Assembly: GCA_964016885.1 (NCBI GenBank)
Contig: OZ024742.1
Coordinates: 115,196,001 to 115,260,000 of the forward strand
DNA length: 64,000 bases
From: Eledone cirrhosa
Taxonomy: Eukaryota
Direction: 5' to 3'
Part shown: positions 29,040 through 41,999 of the stretch, piece after piece
Numbering within the stretch: position 1 is the first letter of the stretch
How the letters are laid out: the number at the start of each line of letters is the position of its first letter
Translations under genes and position numbers: made by a program
Notes under the pieces: model-generated
Seen by the model: only the letters and a program-made list of their open reading frames with translations
Told to the model about the DNA's origin: nothing
Databases searched by the model: none

Positions 29040-29830
29040 GTCAAACAATGAGTGCATATAGGATTAATCAGTAAAAACATCATAAATAGAATATTACCCA
29101 ATCTTAAATTGAGATCTAGTTTGACCTTATGGAAAGATATAAAATGAGGTACAAAAACATTGAAGATATGAAAAACTATACATTCATCCAGATGGATATT
29201 AGTAGCTACTATTCTTCTATAACACCTACACTTCTAAATAAGGCCCTCTCATATGCTTATAGATATGAAATAGATATAATTTTAACAGCTAGAAGAACTC
29301 TCATTAACTTCAATAACGAATTTTCGACACGCTCAGATAGAGATAGAAAATTTGATATCACTATGGGGGCATCTGATTCCGCGCAAATCACAGATCTTCT
29401 GGGAATTTTCATATTAAACATGATAAATAGAAAACTGCCGGAGATTACCGGTGGTTTATATAGAGATGACATTTTATTTACGGTTGTCAAACACAATAAT
29501 ATAGAATTAAATAAAGTTAAGAAAAGTATAAATAGAATTCTTTAAACCGTACGACCTTAAATTAGAAGTAGTACCAAAATAGATAATTTCCTTGATGCTA
29601 CCTTTTAACTTAAACATTGGCTTCTATTACCCTTTTCATAAGCCTAATGAAAAGTTAAACTATGTTAGTAACCATTCAAATCTCCCTAGATCTGTAAAAC
29701 GAGCTATAGTAAATAGTGTGCAAAAACGTATTAATAAAATATCAGCTAATAAAGATATATTTGATAAAAATGCGGAATATTACAACAACGCTTTAAAAAG
29801 AGCAGGATATATGAATAATATAGAATACGT
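29040..29830 (+). pseudogene. PLE (Naiad-like) reverse transcriptase fragment
   Basis: FIQMDISSYYSSI, FDITMGASDSAQITDLLG, GGLYRDD, PFHKPNEKLNYVSNHSNLP: PLE RT and thumb motifs. Confidence 0.85.
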
Positions 29831-30008
29831 GGTTCTGTCTTTGTGCGTAATTGTTTTTCTCGGCTTCTATTAATGACGTATTATATTCGTTTTTTCCCGT
29901 TCTTTGCCAGCGAACGTTTCCACGAACCAAAGTATCGTCTTCCTGTCTTCCTCCGGTTGCAACGATTTTTGAAATATCCACTTCTGCGTTTACAGATTGA
30001 CTTTGTTA

Positions 30009-30057
30009 GTTTCAGAAGATCCCGTTAAGGGTGAAAGCAGCGATTCTTAGCTTAAAC
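30009..30057 (+). ncRNA. Hammerhead motif with one core substitution (CAGAAGA)
   Basis: GTTT CAGAAGA TCCC-gttaa-GGGT GAA AGC..GCT T AAAC, downstream of the PLE RT fragment. Confidence 0.55.
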
Positions 30058-30238
30058 ATTAATCTGTTATTTTAATAAATATTTGCTCTACGGTTCTTAT
30101 ATATTTGATATATATTTATCCTTATCGAACCCTCTTTGGATTTTAGTCTTCAAATTTATTATTATTACTAAATATATATATGATGATTTCTAATGAATGA
30201 AACAGTTCTAGTCCTGTAGAATCTCATCTATATTAAAA

Positions 30239-30320
<82 letters not shown>

Positions 30321-30589
30321 ATATATATATACGGGGTAACAAATAATAGTTACATGCAGTCCACTTAGGTGTAGTCCAGTTATGGTATTCCGGGTAGTGT
30401 ATGATATCAACGATTGGCTTGGTTTGACGCAACAAGGCGTGTTGATAGTGATGCTGCGGGTATGCTGTAATTCCTATGAGTAATAATAAATCAGGAAAGA
30501 AAGTTGACATGGTTTGCTATACAAAAAAGGTTTTTAATCTCATTGCTGAAAATTGTTTCTCTGAACTGGTAGGTCTAGAGATCGGTATG

Positions 30590-31699
<1,110 letters not shown>

Positions 31700-31747
31700 A
31701 GATTATTTTTCGAGACAGCGACTTGGTTTAAAATTATTAGAAATGTA

Positions 31748-31944
31748 AGCTCTCGCCGTATTTTGACTAAATAATTTAAAGAACTTATTTAGCCTGATAG
31801 CGGGGTTAAGAAGCCTCAGGGAAATGGAAAAAGATGAGTATTGTACGCCAATACTCATCTTTTTTCATTTCTCTGAGAGTTCTTAACCCCACTATGAGGC
31901 TAAATAATTTATTTAATTTCTTTAGTCAAAATACGGCGATAGCT
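31748..31944. repeat. ~200-bp imperfect palindrome (MITE-like fold-back)
   Basis: agct.tcgccgtattttgactaaa...aaaaagatgagtattg-tacgc-caatactcatcttttt...tttagtcaaaatacggcga.agct. Confidence 0.85.
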
Positions 31945-31951
31945 AACAGTT

Positions 31952-32009
<58 letters not shown>

Positions 32010-32635
32010 TTAGTTAAGTAAAAGAAGACCACAAAGTTTCACAAGGAAGACATTATTAAAAGATTGTCAACATATTTTAGTTTGATGTAAGGAATGTAGA
32101 ACATAATAATCATAATATTAATAATAATAATGTCCGTTTAGAATTGTTTCGCTACTTCATATAATATTTCTGGATCAAATGATTGTAGATCATTATTTAT
32201 CTGTTTCAGTTGAAAATAATTAACATAGGTAAAAATAGAGCAGCTCATCGGAACTTCAAAAGCAATATCAATTAAAATAATCAAAGAACGTTACATACAT
32301 GTAATGTTCCATATATTGGTATTTCAGTATTGTGTCCTGCGTATATCCATTGTCTGCTATAGTCGAGCAGTATTATTCTGTCGAGGCTGCATTGTGTGGG
32401 ATATGCCTATGTGTAACAATATGTCCGCCAATGGACATATTTACCTTACTAATTAGAGGGTGGTTTCAGGGGAAGTAACTCCACGAGAGATTATAAATTT
32501 TGGGTAGTTTATTGTTAACTGCTCATTTTTTAATATTTTTAATTGAGAGACAATGTAAGGGAGGTAACTTATAATTACCTAAGTTAGCTATACCTATGTA
32601 ACTTATTACCTGCAAGTAAAAATGGGGCTAGATGA

Positions 32636-34323
32636 CTATGTTGGGTCAAATATTCTGTTGCCGAAGGAATTAGCCCTTCCATGTTGACAGCTAATAGTTA
32701 CCTCCGTTCTATCCTTAATCGGTAGAGGTCGTCATAGAGTTATGTAATATGCTTCGGTAAGACAGAAGTCACAATATTTTCTTCGTCCATTGAATGGTTG
32801 GGCACTAGCCAACATATCCCATGCTAGTGATTGTTCAATGTTGGATAATTTAAGGTTTTTGATGAGCCTAGCTAGAGATGACGAACATCTGTTGTTAAGG
32901 TCTCGGAGGGAAGAAGAGTGCGCGTTATATCGTACCTTAAATGGGTTAGAGTTACACCCGATATAGGAGCTGGTGTGCGAAGCAGGTTTAACCGTGCACC
33001 TATAAACTATATTGGGTGTCAGGCAATATCCATTTAGTGGGCATACATTAGGGTAACGGCAGTTGCAGTTACTTCTGCGGTTAGTGATAGTAGGGTTGTT
33101 TAACATAAGCGGTTGCTCAGTGCTAGAATGATTAGATGGGGTTGGTGGTACCGCGCTGTGGGAATTATACTGTTTTAGTTTATGATGGTTACTGAATGCG
33201 ATGTGGCTAGCTAGGTTAGGTGTTGTGGAGAATGGTATTTTAATGATATTTTTTATTAAAGAGTTGTAATATCTATGGGTGGGGGGAATGTTTAGATGGA
33301 TAGAGAAGAAGCGTTTAGGGATATTAGGAGCTAGATTGCATGAGGAGGGGGGGGTTAATCCAGGGGATATTTCTAGACATATTCTTTCTAGGGGTTCTAG
33401 TGGAGTTGGTAGTTGCCTTCATAGGGTTAATATTGCCTGGGCATTTGTTATTTGTCATCCCATTGCTCATTCCCATTCTAGTTTACTACTTGGAGTGGGA
33501 AGCAGGCCACTGCCACTATTAAAGTTCCCTGTATAAGTGCTGTTAATGTTAAAATTCCGGCGAATCTGGCTACATGCTAATGTATTTCTAGTTCTATTGT
33601 TAAGTTTATTATGGTTGTGGTGAAGTGCTGTGTTATGGCATTTAGGTATGTAGTAAATGGACTGTTCATAACCAGATTCAGAAAGAGCCTTATTATAATA
33701 TGCCGCATGGTTTTTAAATATCTCCTCATTTGCTGATAGCATGGATATCCTATATGAGATAGATTTGATTACTGCTCTGATGACTGCCGGTGGGTGGTTA
33801 GAGTGTGGGCTAATATATGTAAGTATTTCACCTGGTATATGATAAGGGTAATATATGTTATTGATAAGATCCAGGGTAACGACTAGGGATGTTTACTACT
33901 TTATGGTTCGGCTCGATGGTGATAGAGAGACCGTTATTTTAAAGAATCTATGTAAGCGTGTTTTGAGCAAGTCAATACCTCGATTAGTGCAATTGTGGAC
34001 TGCAAATAGGGCGTCGTCCCTATATATTCGGCTTGCCAGGGTTGGATTTCGGCTCTGATGTTACGTAATAAGTAAATTCCAACTAAATCGATGATTTGCG
34101 CAGAGTCACTTGAGCTCATCGTGATGTAAAAGTTGTCTGGTTTGTCTTTTCTAGTCCAGAGTGCTCTGTTGAATTCAATGATGATCTGCCTAGCCATAAG
34201 TATGATGTCAATCTCATTATTGGTTATGTCAGAGTTGGTGCTGGCTAGGGTTAATGCCTTGTTGAGCTGTTCCGGGGATATTGAAGCGTAATAGGTGTCA
34301 ATGTCAAATTGGATGAACCTCAT
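32636..34323 (-). pseudogene. Naiad-like PLE ORF remnant: RT, thumb, CxC...C zinc-finger-like linker, GIY-YIG endonuclease
   Basis: FIQFDIDTYYASI, YITMSSSDSAQIIDLVG; CNCRYPNVCPLNGYC; NIVYRC..SYIG; CDFCLTEAYYI; frameshifted. Confidence 0.85.
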
Positions 34324-34331
34324 GAATATTT

Positions 34332-34392
<61 letters not shown>

Positions 34393-34631
34393 AATAAATA
34401 TTGTACATAGGTATACATAGGTATTTGTCAACATAATTGTGTATCTGGGGGTTTATGTAACTACATTTTTGTCCGTTTGTTCCACAATTCAACGGTCTGC
34501 TAAATAAAGAGTTCTATATAATGTGTATTGCGATAACATTACTGACTAAATCACGGCGTGGCCCACGCACACGCACAGGCTGGTGATTGAAAAGTGTTAG
34601 ATGAATAAAGTAAATTATATATATATATATA

Positions 34632-34680
<49 letters not shown>

Positions 34681-34759
34681 AATCACTTTATACACACAAA
34701 TAGAAACAAACATAGGCACACACATACACACACATATATATATATTTATATATTAATTC

Positions 34760-35215
<456 letters not shown>

Positions 35216-35321
35216 GAATTCCAACTTTGTCTGATTTACTCGTGTTATTTACAATCCTTTAACATTTATAATGGTTTTAGAATTAAATAGTATGGTAGAA
35301 TATTAAATGTTAAGTGTTAAT

Positions 35322-35360
35322 TGAACAAGTACTTTCATGGTTTCGCAATCTTCAGGTTCA
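35322..35360 (-). ncRNA. Minimal type I hammerhead motif
   Basis: TGAAC CTGAAGA TTGCgaaaCCAT GAA AGTACT T GTTCA; palindromic stem III; one stem II mismatch. Confidence 0.7.
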
Positions 35361-35728
35361 TAATGTGTTGTGACAGTCAAGTTTGCAATTTTCAACTGTA
35401 ATGAGATGGGTAAATTTTGTGCATTATATACAGTGAAAGTAGCTACAGAATACTAAATCTTGCAAACTGTATTTCGACCAATCGGTGTGTAGTTTCACTG
35501 GATTACTAAAGCTGATTGGTTTAGACGTCACAGTTGGAAGAGCATGTCTAACGACTACTAATTGTCCCTATCCAAAGCATCAATTGTTTTGCTATTTTTA
35601 GAAATGATGAAAATAGTATTTTCTTGTAATCATCACCTCAACATCACTTTTATTATTATTATTATTATTATTGTTTGTTGTTGCCGGTCATGGAAACAAA
35701 AACTTGAAAAATATTCCCAAATGCAAAT

Positions 35729-36004
35729 ATGAACTGCAAAAGCAGAAATCTAATTTACTGCATTAAATGCCCGAATTATGACAAACTATATGTCGGTCAA
35801 ACTGGAAATGCACTATCGGAACGTGCCCGGGTACACCGACAGCAAATCAGAGACCCAAATGTCCGTCAGATAACCCTAAGTAACCATCTAGCAACATGTG
35901 GTCAGGGAATATTTATAATAATCCCATTCTACAAATTACACAGCCCAAGTGAAATCAAGAAAAAAATCAAAGAAATGTTATTGATAAATTCCAACCAAAG
36001 CTAA
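35729..36004 (+). pseudogene. GIY-YIG endonuclease fragment of a PLE
   Basis: NCKSRNLIYCIKC..KLYVGQTG..LSERARVHR: xIY...YVG motif with conserved R and H. Confidence 0.8.
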
Positions 36005-36065
36005 ATGAACAATAATAATGGGTACTCCTACTATGACTATGATTACGACCACTAACAACAACAAC

Positions 36066-36096
<31 letters not shown>

Positions 36097-36383
36097 GTGA
36101 TCTTGATGGTGATGATTACTAGAAAATACTATTTTCATCATTTCTAAAAATAGCAAAACAATTGATGCTTTGGATAGGGTCAATAAGTAGTCGTTAGACA
36201 TGCTCAACCAACCGTGAGCCTAAACCAATCAGCTTAAGTAATCCAGTGAAACTATACACCGATTGGTCGAAATACAGTTTGCAACATTTAGCATTCTGGA
36301 GCACTTTTAACTCTATATAAGGCACAAAATTTACCCATCTCATTACAGTTGATTATTGCAAACTTAACTGTCACCACACATTA

Positions 36384-36422
36384 TGAACCTGAAGATTGCG
36401 AAAGCATGAATGTACTTGTTCA
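36384..36422 (+). ncRNA. Minimal type I hammerhead motif (inverted copy)
   Basis: TGAAC CTGAAGA TTGC-GAAA-GCAT GAA tGTACT T GTTCA; A15.1 substituted. Confidence 0.65.
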
Positions 36423-36589
36423 ATTAACACTTAATATTTAATATTCTACCACTTTTAAAAATTAATATTCAAATACCATTATACATTTTAAAGGATTGTA
36501 TATAAAACGAGTAAATCAGAGAAAGTTGGAATTCCTTTTATTAATATAATCATACACAATCATACACACCCGTGTATATTTATCTCTCT

Positions 36590-36691
<102 letters not shown>

Positions 36692-36729
36692 ATATTTATA
36701 TATATACATATATACATATATATATATTC

Positions 36730-36761
<32 letters not shown>

Positions 36762-36763
36762 TC

Positions 36764-36861
<98 letters not shown>

Positions 36862-37473
36862 GTGTGCGTGTGTGATACATGTTTTATATATCGCAGGATA
36901 TAACTGTAATATCAGTAGATCACAATAAGAAATATTTGCGAAAATTTGAAAATTACCTATAAACGGAAAACCATGGACAGAAGCGCCCGCAAGCAAGACG
37001 TCACAGTATAGATTTTACCATTGCTATTGGGAATTTGTCCAATTATCTCTGCTATTATATAGAGAGGTCGGCTGTCATAAAAAAGTATTTACTTCTTTCG
37101 TTTCTTTCATATCCTCAAATTTGTCGCATTATCAGTACAACCGTAGTGATTTCGAAAACAATATTATAGAGATATATGTCTCTGTGCGAGTGCGTGTGCA
37201 TGTAAGCACACGTGTGTTTGAGCATATGGATCAGGGAGGGTAAGTGACAGTGCGTGTGTCCATGTGATATTTGGTCATAAGAACACAAGCAATACGGAAC
37301 TTATGAGACCCTTTCTTCAGAGTGGTGCTTCCGCGTGAGGTGGAAACAATGATTTGCTGATCACCTAAACCCGGTGAGAAAAGAATCGTCTGGTATACAT
37401 TTCAGAGCCGTGACTAATCACTTGGTGGCTGAGGAAACAAGAGCAGTTAAAGAACTGAAATAATCGCTGTGGC

Positions 37474-37584
37474 AGAAGAAGAAGAAGAAGAAGAAGAAGA
37501 AGAAGAAGAAGAAGAAGAAGAAGAAGAAGAAGAAGAAGAAGAAGAAGAAGAAGAAGAAGAAGAAGAAGAAGAAGAAGAAGAAAA

Positions 37585-37643
<59 letters not shown>
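37474..37643. repeat. (GAA)n followed by (TAA)n
   Basis: Direct reading; followed by a SINE 3' fragment at ~37654-37686. Confidence 0.9.
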
Positions 37644-37648
<5 letters not shown>

Positions 37649-37719
37649 TTATTGTAATGCACTGGGTGATTGCTGGCCTTGTGCCTGGAGTGGAGACAAT
37701 TATTAATAATTTCATTCTT

Positions 37720-40700
37720 AAGTCACGCAATGCGCACGTTAAGGAATCACTCATGATAATAACAATTTAAAAAAAAACAACAAAAAGAAAACCCCGTGAC
37801 CAAGAAATACCGGGATGGCGGCCGGCGGGGAATAGCCGTGTCTCTAGGGGAGAACCACCCCTCTAGTCTTGGTTGACGCTCGTTCTAGAAGTGGTAACAC
37901 GAAATGATTACCCCTTGGCGGATAAGGATAAAACGCGACAAAATAAAGTAAATGTCTAATGATAAAACCTCATACCGGATCGGCCGTCACCCGGGTAAAA
38001 AAGGGCCGCGTCCCTTAGAGAGGAACCAGAATGAGCTCGAAAAATCAGCTAATGGTTCAAACCTTCCCATCACTTCGGAGCTGGAGACCTCCCATAACCG
38101 GAATACTCCTCCTGTTGGCCCTCCATGCTCACCACCAAGAAATCCAAAGAAAAAGAGAGAAAAATGGTCAAGGGAAGATAATAAAGAAGTCCTTGAGGCT
38201 TTCTACACTGCCATGTGCTACCCATCAAATACATCGAATACAGAACAGACATATATCAACTGGAAAAAGAAACATCCCGAAAACAGAGGCTATATTGACA
38301 GTAACAAACAAGCCAATATACGAAGAAATATTGTAAGAAAAAAGTTACTAACTGATATAGAAATTGATCAGATCAAGCAATTAGCACAAAGTCAGCGAAG
38401 GGAAAATGAAACATGTGTCAGTGAAATCGAGGTAAACTGTAACACTTCGAATCCCAGGGTTGGGGCGGAATCACTGGCAACAGAACAAATTAAAGAAAGG
38501 ATAGAAAAAGTGGAGGGAGTGCATGCTCAGGATGAAATTCCAAATGAAAATAATGAGATCGTAAATGATAAAGAAATGAATGAGAATGAACTTGCAAACT
38601 TGAAGGATGAAATTATGATCGAATGGATGAAAATGAAAGAATCTGACATGGGGCAACGAGACACCCTCCCTAAGATCCAGAACTCCAAACTAAACCAAAA
38701 GATAATACAAAAGACTAACATAATTCTCAAAAACATTATCATCACAAACAAACTAAACATTACAGATTTAAATCATCTCTATTATGCATCGGCTAAAGTC
38801 ACCACTCACTTATGTGGAGTGAAGATGAACAAACAAAGGAATTCCCACAAGAAATCTACTTGGCAAGAGAACATCAATCGCCAAATAAACATTCTCCGAT
38901 CTGACATAGACATTTTAACAAACTGTAAAGTAGGTGAACATGTTAAACAAACTAAACTTAGAAAATTGAAAAAAAAGTACTGTACAAAATCAACATGTGA
39001 CATAGACATGCTGATAGAAATAATCAAGCAAAACGTGTCGGCCAAAGCTGCTCGTATAAGGCGCTTTGAAAAACGATCTAGATTCTATAAGGACAATAAT
39101 ATGTTCAAAAACAACCAAAGAAACTTCTACAGAAAAATTGGTAAGTCAACAATAACTGCTAAATCAATACCACCCAAGGAGGAAGTGCAAGAATTCCGGG
39201 AAAAGATCTGGGCCGAAGAAAAAATTCATAACATACATGCTCCATGGATAGACAGACAAATGAAAGATACAGCTCACCTTGAGGAACAAACATGGGAACA
39301 TATAACAGTTGAACAGTTGAGTTTGGCTCTAAGAAAAACCAGCAAATGGAAATCCCCAGGAAAAGACAAAATACAAAACTTTTGGATAAATGCCTTCATA
39401 GAGTCTCATGAGCTGTTAGCCCACCTTTACAATGAAATAGTTAAGGAGCCAGAAAAGATACCTTCATGGCTAGTTAACGGCATTACATTCCTGCTTCCGA
39501 AGAATGATGAGACAAACAATCCCAAAAATTACAGACCGTTAACTTGCTTGACCAAAATGTATAAAATTTTAACATCAGTCCTAACTGAATACACATATGA
39601 CCACCTGATAACAAATGACCTATTTCCCATTGAGCAGAAAGGGTGTAAACAAGGCTCATATGGCTGTAAGGATCAGCTTCTGGTTAACAAAATGATACTG
39701 GAAGATTGTCATAATAGACACAAAAATCTATCGATTGCTTGAATAGATTATAAAAAAGCATTTGATAGTTTGCCACACAGTTGGATTGAAAAATGTTTAG
39801 AGATTTTCAAAGTATCCCCCGTTGTCAGGAGGTTTTTGTCATTCAGTATGAAGACGTGGAAAACGACACTCCTTTTGAATAGTGAAACAAAATCACTGGA
39901 AGCTGGAGAAGTTAATATTAATTGTGGAATTTTTCAGGGTGACTCTTTATCACCGCTTTTATTCTGCATCGCACTTATACCATTAAGTAAAATGCTCAAT
40001 GAAACAAAACATGGATATAAAGTCTACGACAAAACCATTAATCACCTGTTCTACATGGATGACCTGAAACTATTTGCAAAAAATGATGAACAATTGCAAG
40101 GGATATTATCCACTGTGAAGCAGTTCAGTGATGACATAAAAATGGAGTTTGGACTAGATAAATGCGCCAAAGCAACGTTCACCAGAGGAAAGCTGCTGAA
40201 GAGTTCAGACAATAATCTTGATCGGGGGAACGTGATAAGAGAACTTGATCAAGAAAAAACTTACAAATATCTAGGTGTTTGTGAAGGAGACGAAATCAAG
40301 CACTCGACAATGAGGGAAAGGATAAGGAAGGAATGTTACCGCAGAGTAAGAGCAATCTTAAGAACGGAATTGAATGCAAGGAATAGGATCAATGCCATAA
40401 ACACGCTTGCCATACCAGTAGTAACCTACAGTTACAATGTCATCAACTGGTCAAGCACAGAGATCCGTAGGCTCGATACAAAAATTCGAAAATTCTTAAC
40501 CATGCAAAGAATGCATCACCCTAAGGCAGATATAGATAGAATATATCTCCCTAGGAAAGAAGGAGGACGTGGGTTAATCCAGTTAGACATTGCCTTGAAA
40601 CACGAAAGCATCAAAAGATCATATTCCATTACAAAAGATGCACAAAGATACAGTAATGGACTACAAATTTCAGAAGTCCCATTTACTGCTGAAATGGAAA

Positions 40701-41677
40701 ACACAGAAAAAGCAAAGCAGGTAAAAGTAACTGCAAAGAAAGAACTGCTACAGAAACTGGCTAAGAAATGGCAAGAAAAGCCTCTGTATGGAAAATACCC
40801 AGAGCGAGCTAACAATCCTGATGTTGACAAAACTTTAACCCATCAGTGGTTGGCATCCTCTGGACTGAAATCGGAGACTGAAGGACTGATTATATCAGCA
40901 CAAGATCAGTATCTGCCAACAAAAAATTACCAAGCCAACATAATAAAAAATGGATGCAGCCCATTATGGCGTGTATGCAAAAAACAACCAGAGACCATTG
41001 ACCATATAATTTCAATGTGCAGTCCTATAGCTCCAACCGAATACCTAAACAGGCATGACTGAGCTGCACAATACATACATTGGATAATGTGTAAGTATTT
41101 TGACCTGCCCTATCAAAAGAATTGGTGGGAGGATCAACCACCTCCCATACTTGAAAAAATTCACATCTCAATGTTGTGGAACTTTAGCATCCAAACAGAC
41201 CGAAAAATAGATGCAAATAGACCTGATATAATATTGAAGGACTTTCAAAAGAGGGTATGCCTGCTAATTGATATGTCTGTTCCAATAGACAAGAATTTAT
41301 CCATAAAAACATTTGAAAAATTGAGCAAGTATAAGGACCTGGAGATAGAAATTGGAAAAATGTCGAAATTGAGAACTAAAACAATACCAGTGGTTGTAGG
41401 CGCTCTGGGAATGATACCTAAGGGGTCTAATGATTACTTATCGCAAATCCCAGGAAACCCGCGTATAGGAGAAATACAAAATATAGTACTAATGGGAACT
41501 GCCCATATACTAAGGAAGATTCTGTCAATATAAGTACATCACAAGTATAAACACTAAAGATGCATGTGTGAATATGTATGTACTTTCTTGAACATGGCGG
41601 ACCTTGTTGTCTCTTGAGGTCACTGGTTGTGACTTGGTGATAACTCGTATGAACATAAAGCAAGATAAATGCAACTG
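37720..41677 (+). mobile_element. R4/Dong-like non-LTR retrotransposon (single ORF, restriction-like endonuclease)
   Basis: Single reading frame with RT then zinc knuckle and RLE motifs; GC-rich 5' UTR; (TAA)n tail; 5' boundary approximate. Confidence 0.85.
37952..41533 (+). pseudogene. RT-CCHC-RLE polyprotein broken by two in-frame TGA stops
   Basis: WKSPGKD, NYRPLTCL, IDYKKAFDS, GIFQGDSLSP, LFYMDD, W(C)RVC..ETIDHIISMC, RHD, NRPDI, IDMSVP, KLSKYKDL; the three ORF pieces are in one frame with stops at 39740-39742 and 41060-41062. Confidence 0.9.

Positions 41678-41738
<61 letters not shown>
41678..41738. repeat. (TAA)n tract shared as 3' tail by the R4-like element and Tx1 array unit 1
   Basis: Direct reading. 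Confidence 0.9.
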
Positions 41739-41740
<2 letters not shown>

Positions 41741-41999
41741 TTTCTTTATTAACCACAAGGGTTTACATAAAGTAGACATTAAGGACAGTGCAGGACAATG
41801 CAGGACGGTACAAATGGGCATTTCTGCGTGTAAAAAACAAAAACAGAGGATGTAACAAAAATAACAATGAAAATAACAATGAAAAATTCCCCAATAGGGG
41901 GGAAACTTCGGAGGCACATTTGTGGAGAAAGCCCAGTAAAAAGCCACAATGACCCTGACCACCGAGGCAAGTGCCCTCTCCCAGTTTTCCACCTTTAAT

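Noticed and set aside
39740-41062. Two in-frame TGA codons in the R4-like ORF suggesting recoding
   Set aside because: They fall at positions expected to be Trp (xIDYKKAFD) and probably Arg (after RHD), each one transition away; the zinc knuckle also has a C-to-W change, so ordinary decay explains them.
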